From: Lama glama
Taxonomy: Eukaryota
Length of the DNA stretch: 64,000 nucleotides
Direction of reading: 5' to 3'
NCBI GenBank assembly: GCA_028534125.1
Contig: CM052817.1
Coordinates: 31,560,001-31,624,000 of the forward strand
The translations under genes were made by a program, and so were the position numbers. Positions 39,146 to 50,838 of this stretch are shown here, piece by piece (position 1 is the first letter of the stretch; every line of letters starts with the position of its first letter). The notes below the pieces were generated by a model. It did not search any database. It was given only the letters and a program-made list of their open reading frames with translations, and was not told where the DNA came from.

Positions 39146-42100
39146 CCCAAATGTCCTGGTTTCAATGGAAAATAACTCTCTATGCCAAGAAACAAGAAGA
39201 TCTCAAACTGAGAAAAGATGATTAATAGATGCCAACACCAAGATGTCAGAGATGTTAGAATTATGTGAGAAAGATGTTAAAGCAGCCATCACAAAACTGA
39301 GTCAGTGAGCAATTACAAACATGCTTGAAACAAATTAAAAAGCAAAAGTCTTGAAAGAAATAGAAGATAGAAAAATGAACCAAATGGAAATATTTTAGAA
39401 CTGAAAATGCAATAAGTAAAACTTTAAAACTCCATGGATAGGCTTCAAGCAGACAGGATAGGACAGATGAAAAAAATTTGTGAACTTGACAGCAATAGAA
39501 GTTACTCAGTCTGAACCACAAAAACAAAAGTAAAACAAAACACTATGAGCAGTCCTGTGGGACTATAACAAAAAATCTACCATTGTGTCATCAGCCTCAG
39601 GAGAGGAGAAAGAGGGCTGAGCTAAAAAAGTACTCCAAGAAATAATAGCAAAACATGCTCCACTGGCAAAATCTATAAACCTGCATATCAAAAACTTAAG
39701 CAAACTTCATAGAGGGTAAAGGCAAAGAAACCCACACTAAGACACATCATAGTCAAACTTCTTAAAACTAGAGACAAAGAAAAAATCTTTTAAAAATATG
39801 AGAAAACCATGATTCCTTACCTATTCAAATAACAGTGGGTTTATTATCAGGAACCATCCACAAGGAAGTGGCATGACAGTGCTGAAATAAATTGACTGTC
39901 AGCCAGCTCACAATCCTATACCCAGCAAAAATATCCTTCAAAAAATGAAGGGAAATCAAGATATTCTCAGATAAAGGAAAACTAAGATAATTTGTCATCA
40001 GCCATTCAAATCTAAAAGAATGGCTAGAGGAAGAACTCTAAACAGAAAAGAATCAGTAAAAGAAGAAATCGTGGTATATCAAGAAAGAAGGTACACAGTA
40101 AGCGTGGTATATCAAGAAAGAAGAAGGTACACAGTAAGCAAGCAAGTAAATCCATTACTTTCCTTCTCCTAATGCTTTTTCAAATTATAATGGAGAGTTG
40201 ATGCAAAAATTGTAACATTGTCCAAGTAGTTCTAAAAGTATGCAAAGAAAATATTTAGAACAATTATAAGTGGGGGGGGGTAAAGATACGTAAAGGGAGG
40301 TAAAGTTTCTGTGCTTTCCTCAAACTGATAAAATGATGACACCAGTAGAAGTTATATTTATGTGATATAAAACCTAGAGCAACCACTAAAAAAGCTATGC
40401 AAAGAGATATACACAAAAACACTGTCTTTAAACTGAAATAGAATTCTAAAAATATCCCTCAAGTGTTCATGGAACATACACCAAGATAATCATATCCTGG
40501 GCCCTAAAACAAACCATAACAAATTTAAAATAATTGAAATCATAGAGTGTGTTTTCAGAGCACTATGAAATCAAACCAAAAATCAGTAACAGAAAGATTT
40601 TCAGCAAAACTCCCAAATATTTGGAAAATAAACCACTTACTTGTAAATAAACCGTAGATCAAAGGGGAAGTCATAAGAGAACACAAAAAAAATTCTGAAT
40701 GGAATTTTTTAAAGGAACAGCATATCAAAATTTGTACACACAGCCAAATAGTGTTGAGAGAAAATGTTATGATGGTAAATGCATGTATTAGAAAAGAGGA
40801 AGTCTCAAATCAAAAATCTAAGCTCCCACTGCTCAGAACATAGAGAGAGTAAAATAAATCCAAACAGATGGAAAGAAATAAAGATAAAAGCAGAAATCAA
40901 TGTAATTCAAAACAGAAAAACAATACAGAAAATCAATAGAAGAGCTGGTTCTTTGAAAGATTAATAAAATTGTCAAACATTTAGCAAGATTATCAAAGAT
41001 TAAAAAAAAGACCCAAATTATCAGTGTCAGGAATAAACAGGGGAATATCATTAAAGACCATTTAGACATCAAAAAGGTAATAAAGGAATACTGCAAACAA
41101 CTCTGAACACATAAATTTGACAATTTAGATGAAACAGACCGATTCCTTAAAAAGAACTAATTATCACAATTCATCCAATATGAAATAAATAAATGAAAAA
41201 AGCCTTATTAGTATTAAGGAATTGAAAATGTAATTTTTTTTTAAAGTCTCCAAATAGAAATCTTCAGACCCAGATAGTTTCACTGGAGAATTCTAACAAA
41301 TGTTTAAAGAATGAATCTTAATTCTTCACAATCTCCTATAGAAAGTAAAAGAAGAAAGGACACTTTCCAATTCATTTTATGAAGCTAGTATTACCCTATG
41401 TTAAAGCCAGGAAAAGTACAAGAAAAACAAACTACAGACTAATATCCCTAGACACAAAGTTCTTAACAAAATATTAGCAAATAGAATTCAGTAATATAGA
41501 AAAAGAATTATACACTATGACTAAGTAAGATTTATTCCAGGAATGCATTAGTTCAATATCTGAAAAACAAAAACCAAGAATTTTTGCACTGTGGGAAATA
41601 TTTTGCAGTTCCTCAAAAAGTTAAGCATAGAATTACCATATGATCCAGCAATTCCACTTCTGGGTATGTACCCAAAAGAACTAAGAACAAATACTCAAGC
41701 AAATACTTGTCCGCAAACGTTCATAGCACCTTTATTCAACCAGCTATAAAGTGGAAACCACCCAGATGTCCAACAGCTGGTGAATGGATAAACAAAATGT
41801 GTTACATCCATACAATGGAATATTATTATATCATTAAGGGAATGAATTACTGATATGTGCTACAACACAGGTAAACCTTGAAAACATTACACTAAGTGAA
41901 AGAAGCCAGACACAAGAGGCCACATGTTGTATTCATTTCATTTATATGAAATGTCCAGCATAGAAAAATCCATGAAAATGGAAAGTAAATTACTGGTTGC
42001 CAAGAACTGGCGATGGGGAGGAAATTTAGAACAAACTGCTAATATGTATGGGATTTCTTTTGGAAGAGATGGAAATGTTGTAGAATTAGATAGTAGTGAT

Positions 42101-43290
42101 GGTTGTACAACATAGTGAATATAATTAAAAAAAAAACACTGAAGTATACACTTTACAATGAGGAATTTTATCTTCTGTAAATATATATATTTACATATAT
42201 ATAAAATATATATTAAAAGTTTTATTTTATGTATATATATATATATATATATATTCTTTTTGAAAGACCCTGTTATGAGGATGAAAAGACAAGCTACAGC
42301 CTGGAAATAAATATTTGCAAGCTGCATATCTGACAGAGATCAGCATTTAGACTGTATAAAGAGTTCTCACAACCAACAATAAACAAACAATCCAATTAGA
42401 AAATGAGCAAAAGACATGAAGAGACATTTTGCCAGAGTATGTACAAATAGAAAATAAGCACGTGAAAAGATCTTCAAGATGATTAATATTTAATAAATGC
42501 AGTTTAAGTCACAGTGAGGTATCACTATGCAACCATGAGAATGACTAAAAGAAGACAGTGACAGCATCAAATGCAGGTGAAGGTGTGGAGAAATTTGATC
42601 ACTCTTACATTGCTGGTGGAAACATAAAATAGTACAGCTACTCAGGAAAATGGTTTGGCAGTTTCTTAAAAATTAAATCCCTAACTATCATATGACCCAG
42701 AAATTGCACTTAGGCATTTGTCCCAGAGAAATGAAAACAAGTTCACACAAAAACCTGTACCCAAAGTTTAGAGGAGCTTTCTTCATAATATTCAAAACCT
42801 GGAAAAACCCATTGTCCTTCAATGTGTGAGTAGTTAAACTGTAGCGTATCATACCAAAGAATACTACTCAGCAATAAAAAATAAAAACTACTGGTACACT
42901 CAACAGCTGGACAAATCTCCAGAGAATTACACTGAGTGGGGAAAAAAAAGCCAATAAAAACGGTTACATACTGTATGACTCCATTTATACAACATTCTTG
43001 AAACAAAATTATAGAATTGGAGAACCACCTCATGGTTACTAGGTATGAATAAGGAAGTGGGGCAGAACAAAGAGGGTATAGCTGTAAAAGGGCAACTTGA
43101 GGGATCCTTATGGAGGTGGAAATGTTGCATGTCTTAACTGCTTCAGTATCAAGAGCCTGGCTGTGATATTGTACTATAGTTTGTTAGATGTTACCATTGG
43201 GGGAAACTAGGAAATATGAGATCTCTGTATTTTTTTCTTACAACTGCATTTGAATCTCTAATTATCTCAAAATTAAAAGTTTAATTAAAA
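39145..43290 (+). mobile_element. Old L1M with ORF1/ORF2 fossils and a nested L1MB-like 3' end (~41590-42180)
   Basis: ORF1-like 'gacacatcatagtcaaacttc', ORF2-like 'EIKIKAEINVIQNRKTIQKIN' and 'ttccaattcattttatgaagctagtattaccct'; two separate 3'UTRs. Confidence 0.8.
40070..40138. repeat. Local tandem duplication (33 + 36 bp)
   Basis: cgtggtatatcaagaaagaaggtacacagtaag repeated, second copy with an extra aag. Confidence 0.9.
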
Positions 43291-44064
43291 TTTTAATTAA
43301 CAGCTGATAATGACAGTAGCCTACAATTTTTGAATACTTAATGCTAAGTATGGTTCTAAGCACATGATTCATTTAATCCCCCAACAATCCTGTGATACAG
43401 GTACAACCGTCATAGAATAGGTAAGTAACTTGCCCATGGTTACACAGTTAATAATTGGTGGAGCTGTGATTCAAATTCAGGAAACCTGCCTCCAGAGGCT
43501 GTGATTTTAACTACCATGCTGGTAACCAGGCAGTTTCACATACGCAGGCTTTTCAGCTTTCCTGAAAGTCTGTAGCAACCTTCCTATTCTGAGGCTCGTA
43601 GCTGCTGCCCCCTCTAGAGAGAGCATTGTTGTACATTTGTCATAGTGTCCACCACTCTCTCTTCAATGATCTGTTTTATTGCTCCCAGTTCACTTCATCC
43701 ATTGATGTTACCCACCAGGTCCTGTAGACATTAAAGTTTTTAGACCCTGGCATACAACATTACCTTGTGCCTGCGGAATGAAAACGTCATGGAGAGGAAA
43801 AAATATATATATTAAAACTACATTAATTTAAACTTGACAAAGAAGAACCATGAGAATTAATATAAAATTTGAATTGTGTGTTATTTTTAGAGTAACTACA
43901 ATCAGGCAGATTCAGATAGGTACTGTTAATATCACAACATATTTATTGATTTTTTTAAAAAAAATAAAACTTCCTTTGGGCCAGTTCTGCTCATAGTATT
44001 AATTACTTAGTTCATCCCTCTTCCAAACTATGTGCTGTTACTCTCCTTTCCCCACCTCACCCCA

Positions 44065-44470
44065 CTGTTGTAGCTATCAGTGTCCCACATTAATCCCCCT
44101 GACATTTACCTCGTCATTAGATGCACAAGGCCATCCTCAGGGAATTTGTGCCTGAGAGCTTTCTCTTACAGGAAACAAGCAAAAAATGCCAGGAGAGTGA
44201 GGATCCCCAGGGAGCTGCCACCAGCCAATGATGGATGTGGGCTGGAGGATAAATACTCCAGATTCCTGCCCTTTAGTAAGACAACTCTGAGGCCTGTTCT
44301 AGTGCATTGAGGGCCTATTGCCTTCAGTGATAATCTGCTCACTAACACACCCTTCATTCACTTCTTTCCTTCATCTTTTTCCTAAGGAGTGCCTTTTGGA
44401 ATCCCCTCCAAGCTAAACCATTTGCATTAAAATCCTTGTCTAGGTCTGATGAGCACCCAACCTAGCCTAT
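44065..44470 (+). mobile_element. LTR16-like ERVL LTR
   Basis: 'ggaggataaatactccagattcctgccct...acaactctgaggc...aaatccttgtctaggtctg...acccaacctag'. Confidence 0.65.
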
Positions 44471-44515
44471 CCCAGGAAAGAAAGACCAGCGTATTGTCTT
44501 TAAAAAACATAGCCT

Positions 44516-44624
44516 GGGGGTAGGGATATTGCTCAGTTGGTAGAACGCTTGCTGAGCATGCTTGAGGTACTTGGTTCAATTGCCTGTACCTCCACTTGAA
44601 GAAGAAAAAGGAAAAAAAAAAAAA
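44516..44624 (+). mobile_element. Camelid-type tRNA-derived SINE (diverged)
   Basis: A box tgctcagttggtag, B box ggttcaattgcc, A tail, flanks aaaaaacatagcct/aaaaaagcagcct. Confidence 0.75.
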
Positions 44625-44872
44625 GCAGCCTCGGTAAAGGTTGGCTGTGTTTCTAACCTATTGAAAATTATTAACCTGGTTGGTTTTAGATGGAGAGATA
44701 AGGTCTAGTTTTGAATTGAGAAGGGAAAAAGTGAAAGCAGAAACATTTGAAATCCCAATTCATATTCCTTCCTTCTCACCTCTTAATTCGTCCAACTCTG
44801 AGTTTCCAGTAACTTTCCACTAATGAATTTTCTCTCTACCCTGATGGTCCAGTTAACTCCTCCAAGGGCAAC

Positions 44873-44888
44873 TGTTATGGACTGAATT

Positions 44889-44937
<49 letters not shown>

Positions 44938-45304
44938 CTCATCTCTGCAAAATTCATAGTTTTAAGACCTAATCCCAATGTGATTGTATTTGAGTTAGGG
45001 CCTTTAAGGAAATAATGAAGATTAAATGAGGTCATAAGGGTGGGGCCCTAATCCAGTAGGACTAATGTCCATATAAAAAGAGTAAGAGACACCAGGAATA
45101 CCTGTGCACAGAAAAAAGGCCAGATGAGGACACAGCAAGAAGATGGCCTTGTGCAAGCCAACAAGAGAGAACTCGAGAGAAACCAGACCTGCCAACACCT
45201 TGATCTTAGACTTCCAGGCTCCAACACTCTGAGAAAATAAATTTCTGTTGTTTAAGCCTCCCAGTCTGTGAGATTTTTTATGAAAATCCAGGCAAACTAA
45301 TACA
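44873..45304 (+). mobile_element. MLT1A/B-like solo LTR
   Basis: tgttatggactgaattgt...gcaaactaataca with a perfect 5-bp TSD GCAAC. Confidence 0.85.
44892..44935. repeat. (AC)22 microsatellite
   Basis: Perfect dinucleotide run inside the LTR. Confidence 0.95.
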
Positions 45305-45309
45305 GCAAC

Positions 45310-45720
45310 CCTGGACAAATGGTGGACAATATCTGATGTATATATTAATTTTTCCACCTCCAGTCTTTTGAGCAGACAATCCTGGAAAATGCTTACTATG
45401 CTGCTTAGAGGGTTTTGTCCAAATCAAAGCCCTGTTGCCCAAAGCGTAGACCTGCAAAACCCACCCTCATATTGGCTTTTCCTCCTCTGCTTTACTCTAC
45501 CCATTATCTGGGGTACCCCTGTTTCCGACAGTCACTCTCAATATACTGCTTACATAAAAATGCTGATCGCAGCTCTGTTTTGGTGGGAACCCAAGCTGAG
45601 ACAGGGCCTGCCCCAGACTCAAATTAGATCTAGTTCTAGGAATGGCAGCTCTCAGGACCCCATTCGTGTGCTGCACTCAGGGTGGGCATTGGCAGCTCCT
45701 CCACAAAACTCAAGAGATGC
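45310..45720 (+). mobile_element. LTR16-like LTR plus start of ERVL internal sequence
   Basis: LTR end 'gggaacccaagctgagaca' followed by 'agttctaggaatggcagctctcaggaccc'. Confidence 0.5.
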
Positions 45721-46852
45721 ATGAAGCAAAGATCTACTTTGTTCACCACTGTCTTGCCCACCAGAGTGCCAGCAATTAGCACCTACAGAAGAAACCACGG
45801 GAATGAAATCAACACCCATCCAAAGACCAAGTATGGGCCTCTTCCCAAAGCAGTTGGGACAGTGGAAGCCTGTGATTCTTGTATGATTCCATGGAGGGGA
45901 GAAAAAAAGATTGACTAGTAACTGAGATTTGATTTCCTGCCAGGCGAACAGATGAGGGCTCAATGCTGATAACATTTGGTTTAGAAAAATAAAGACTATG
46001 ATGTATGTTACAACTTGGTGTTAGGGACTTATGAATAGCTGCAACTGGTTGTATAAGAAACTAAAATCAGGGGCCAAATAAAGATGGTGGGCTAGGAGGT
46101 CGTGGAGCTCACCTCCTCCCACAACTATATCAAAAATACATCAATGTGTAGAATAATTCTCACAGAATACCACATGAACACTGGCGGACGATCTCATAAA
46201 ACCAAAATTGCATGAAAGATCACCATATAACCAGGTAGGACAAAAGAGAAAAAAAATAGGAATTGGGCAGTACCTGCACCCCTAGGAGGGAGCTGTGAAA
46301 ATTGTGTGTCCCCTTACACTGGGAAGCCCTTCACTGGTGGGGAGCTCAGCCAGGACAGAAAGGGATCTTCAAAGGCTGAGAGGAGAGCGCAGCAGCCGGT
46401 TTGCCACAGGAAAGACAGTCACTTCAGCAGGTGGTGTTGGGAAAGCTGGACAGCTGCATGTAAATCAATGAAATTAGAACACTCCCTCACGCCATACTCA
46501 AAAATAAACTCAATATGGCTTAAAGACTTAAATATAAGACATGACACCATAAAACTCCCAAAGAGAACCTAGGCAAAACATTCTCTGATATAAAGTTTAG
46601 CAATGTTCTCCTACAGCAGTCTAAGCAGGCAATAGAAATAAAAGCAAAAATAAACAAATGGGACCTAATTAAACTTACAAGCTTTTGCACAGCAAAGGAA
46701 ACCATAAACAAAACAAAGAGACAACCTATGGAATGTGAGAAAATTTTTGTGAATGATGTGACCAATAAGGGCTTAATTTCCAAAATATATAAACTGTTCA
46801 TACAACTCAATAACAAAATAACCCAAATAACTCAATCAAAAAATTGACAGAA

Positions 46853-47857
46853 TAGTCTGGTCCTGATTCCCGTCTGGGTACCAGCTTCCTTCAACAGCGC
46901 AGACGGCGGGGCCCACGGCTAGGGGAAGGAGAAGGAATCAGTTTGCTGGAATTTTGCAGGTCTGCAGGTCTGTCGTTCATAGCAGTATGCAAGGCTAGAA
47001 AAGGCAAGGAAGAAAGTGACCGGATCAGTAAAGAAATAATTGTTTTCAAAGAGGAATAAGTGGAGAAAAAGCAAGGAAGAGGGAAAGGAAGAAAGGAAGA
47101 GAGGCAGACAAGATGAAACCCTGTCAAAAAATGGAAGGAAAACCAGAAGATGAGAGTGAACCAAAGCTTGAGGAAGAGCCAAAGCCTGAGGAAAAGCCAG
47201 AGGAGGAGGGAAAAACAGAAGGAACTTTTAGAGAAAGGCTGATTCAGTCTCTACAGGAATTTAAAGAAGATATACACAACAGTCATTTAAGCAAGGAAGA
47301 TATGTTTAGAGAAGTGAATGAAATAGATGAGATAAGGAGAGTAAGAAACAAACTTATCGTGATGCGTTGGAAGGTTAATCGAAACCATCCTTACCCCTAT
47401 TTAATGTAGTTTACTTTGATTTTTCTTTTTTCTGATGTTAACATTACTTTTGATTTGCATCCTCCTGATTTACCTTTGGCCATCTTTCTACTTTTAACTT
47501 GTTGCTATTAGTGGCTTTAGATGCGTCTCATTGTTTATTGTATTTCAAACCAATCCACAAATCTCTGCCTTTTCATAGTAGAAATCTACTCATTTGTACA
47601 AAAAGAGGTTCCTGAATAGATATAAAATGAAAAAAAGATTGCTAAGTAATATTTGAATATCATATTTTTGAAAGGGGAGAGTACATTTGTATATTACATA
47701 TATGCACAGAAGAACATGTGAAGGATGAAAGACAAAAAGTACAATCAGTGGTAGGATTATGAGTGATTTTTTAATTCAGCTTATTTGTATTTTTCCTTAT
47801 TCCTAGAATGTACACACGTTATTGTTAGAAATAATAAAAATTTTATAACAAAAAAAG
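46853..47857 (+). pseudogene. TCEAL9: Full-length processed retrocopy of TCEAL9/WBP5 mRNA (retrogene or processed pseudogene)
   Basis: Intronless 5'UTR + CDS + 3'UTR, AATAAA at 47833-47838, A tail, 13-bp TSD aaaattgacagaa (46840-46852, 47858-47870). Confidence 0.92.
47113..47409 (+). CDS. TCEAL9: Open ORF of the TCEAL9 (WBP5) retrocopy, 98 aa, BEX/TCEAL family; expression unknown
   Basis: MKPCQKMEGKPE...GTFRERLIQSLQEFKEDIHN...DEIRRVRNKLIVMRWKVNRNHPYPYLM matches TCEAL9 as I recall it; ATG to TAG with no disruption. Confidence 0.8.
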   Translation: MKPCQKMEGKPEDESEPKLEEEPKPEEKPEEEGKTEGTFRERLIQSLQEFKEDIHNSHLSKEDMFREVNEIDEIRRVRNKLIVMRWKVNRNHPYPYLM

Positions 47858-47906
47858 AAAATTGACAGAAGATCTAAACAGGTATTACTCCAAAGAAGAC
47901 ATACAG

Positions 47907-48173
47907 GGGGGTGGAGGGTGGGGAGGGATAGACTGGGATTTCAAAATTGTAGAATAGATAAGCAAGATTACACTGCATAGCCCAGGGAAATATACACAAA
48001 ATGTTATGATAACTCACAGAGAAAAAAATGTGACAATGAGTATGTATATGTCCATGACTGACTGAAAAATTGTGCTTTACACTGGAATTTGACACAACAT
48101 TGTAAAATGATTATAAATCAATAAAAAAAGTTTAAAAAAATAAATAAATAAAGATGAACATAAAAAAAAGAAG
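47907..48173 (+). mobile_element. Younger L1 3'-end insertion
   Basis: L1 3'UTR end with an A-rich tail; perfect 14-bp TSD aagaagacatacag (47893-47906, 48174-48187). Confidence 0.85.
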
Positions 48174-50514
48174 AAGAAGACATACAGATGGCCAATAGGC
48201 ACATGAAAAGATGCTCAACATTGCTGATTATTAGAGAAATGCGAATCAAAACTACACGAAGGTACAAACTCACACTAGTTAGAGTGGCCATCATTTAAAA
48301 GTCTACAAATAACAAATGTGGAGAAAAGGGAACCCTCCTACGCTGTTGGTGGGAATGTATATTGGTGCAGCCACTATGGAAAACAGTATGGAGATTCCTT
48401 AAATAACTAAAACTAGACTTACCATATGATCCAGCAATCCCACTCTAGGGCATATATCCCAAAGAAAACTATAATCTGAAAAAAATACATGCACCCCAAT
48501 GTTCATAGCAGCACTGTTACAATATCCGAGACATGAGAACAATCTAAATGTTCATCAACAGATGAACAGATAAAGAAGATTTGGTATATATACACAATGG
48601 AATACTACTGAGTTGTAAAAAAGAATGACATAATGCCATTTGCAGCAACATAGATGGATCTAGATATTATCATACTAAGTAAGTCAGAAAGAGAAAAATA
48701 AATACCATATATCACTTATATATGAAATCTAAAATATGACACAAATGAACTAATTTACAGAACAGCAACAGATTCACAGACCAAGGGGAAAAAAGCTTAT
48801 GGTTACCAAAGGGGAAAGTGGGCTGGGGAGAGATAAATTAGGAGTTTGGGATTAAGAGATACAAACTGCTGTATATGAAACAGGTAAACAACAAGGCCCT
48901 ACTGTATAGCCCAGGGAACTATATTCAATATCCTGTAATAAACCACAATGGAAAAGAATTAAACAAAAACAAAAACCCTGAGATCAAGGCATGTTCCACA
49001 TCATCTCCCAGAGGTCACCACTCAGAGGTGCTCAGCCAAATTAGTCCCAAATTAAGGAGACTGTGTACTACATGTATTTGTAAAATGGAAGAAACACTTT
49101 TGCCTTTTCTGTTCCCTTTTCCCCCAGGAATAATTTAAATCAAAAGAAATAAAGATGTTATAAAGAACTCCCTTTTCCTGTGCTTGTTTTTCTAACATTG
49201 CATGTTATTTCATAACATTGAAAACACAATATGATGACCAAAAACAAGCTAGGCTTCTTTAATTCAACTTATTCTTGGCTTCTAAACAATGGTGGGAACA
49301 AGGCCCATTAGAAAATGTGACCTCCGGACACATTGTCATTAGGGAGTCTGCTAGGACTGATGGCAGTCCTTATGGTCTTTCAAGACGTAAAAATTAACAT
49401 CTTTCTCTTTTTGAAAAGGAATTTCTTCCCCTTTTTCTAATGCTGAGTTTCTCCATTTTGAAGTTTTCAGATCTGTACTAGAAATTGCCCTCTGTGAGAT
49501 TTCTTCTTAATTATCTGCAAGATTTCATGAAAATAGCACCTGCTATATACCTTCACCTTGCACCTAGCTGAGTGACTCATCAAATTGCCAAGTGGCTGTA
49601 AATAATAAATTTCTCTTTGTAGAAGAAGGTGGTTAATGAATTCAATTCTATTTGCAAAATTGCCTTCATTCTCAAGCTGTTTTTCTACTCGTTATAGTTT
49701 CCTGCATCGTTAACTTTAACAGGAAAAAAAAAAGTGTAGAACTCTTGTATTCTATTTGAACAGAAAGTTCTCAAACATCCTTCTATAATAATGCAACTCT
49801 GGTCCTCAGGGGCTGATAGAAACTTTCAAAAGGACAGCTTAGTGTATTATATAAACTCTTTTTATGGGCACTTTGATTAAGTGTTGGTAGCAACGTAGAG
49901 ACAGAGCACCTGCTGCAGGTGTAGATAGAGAAGGAATAGTGTGGGGCAGAAAAGTTAACTTCTATCCTTCCTTAAATGGCCTGAAGTTAGCTACCACCAG
50001 ATGTGATGGAGAAAATGAACCCTGTGCTGTATTTACTATGAAACAGAAAAGTTGAGGATTCACAATAAAAGCCAGAAAATAATATTATAATATATACATA
50101 CCAATGGTTTTATTCAAAGAATCTTAACTAAACAGTCACCTTGATGTATAACACAAACTTCAGTTGCCATATTTACATATCCACAGACCTATCTGTACTA
50201 ATAGATTTTTAAATTTACTCACCACCACCCCCCACTTAAATAAATCTACTTAATAAGGAAACTTAAGGAAACCGAAAGTGCAAAGATCTGTTATTTCCTC
50301 CCTCTGCCTCATCCGCCCTCAGCCCCGGACTGAGCCCCAGCACCTAGCACGGAACTTCCAACACAGCCCCCTGCTGTTGGCCATCAGATAAATTCTCCTC
50401 ACTCTCCTGAGGCAGAGCTCTCTCTAGTGGTCCCAGGTGTCACTCCCAGCATGCTCTGGGAGCGGAGTGTGGGGGATGGCAGGAGCTCTTTCAGGCAGTG
50501 TCTATCCAGGGCAG

Positions 50515-50838
50515 CACCCTCCAGTCAAAATATAATATGGTCCTCAAGTGCAGGCGACACATGTTGTCAAAAATGTTTTAATAGCCACGTTGAAAAAAGT
50601 AAAAAGAAACAGGCAAAATTAATGTCTTATTTTACCCGATTTATTCAAAATAGGACCTTTTCAACATGTGATCCATACAAAAAAATTATTAGTGAGACAC
50701 TTTACAGTCTTCTTTTTTCCCTACTGTACTTTGAAAATTGGATATGTGCTTTACACTTATAGCACATCTCAGTTTGGATTAGCCACCTTCAAGTATCTGA
50801 TAGCTGTTTGTGCCCAGTGGCCCCATATTGTACAGCAT
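50515..50838. mobile_element. MER33-like hAT-Charlie element
   Basis: 'ttttaatagccacgttgaaaaaagtaaaaagaaacagg...acttatagcacatctcagtttggattagccac'. Confidence 0.75.

Larger units (their letters stand above)
46070..48960 (+). mobile_element. Internally deleted cetartiodactyl L1 (5'UTR joined to ORF2 3' part and 3'UTR), host of two nested insertions
   Basis: L1 5' terminus 'aagatggtgggctaggaggtcgtggagctcacctcctccc'; junction at ~46409 into ORF2 '[13 protein letters not shown]'; L1 resumes at 47871 and 48188. Confidence 0.8.

Noticed and set aside
47113..47409. Could be the parental X-linked TCEAL9 locus
   Set aside because: No 5'UTR introns, A tail and TSD inside an L1, and no neighbouring BEX/TCEAL genes in 64 kb
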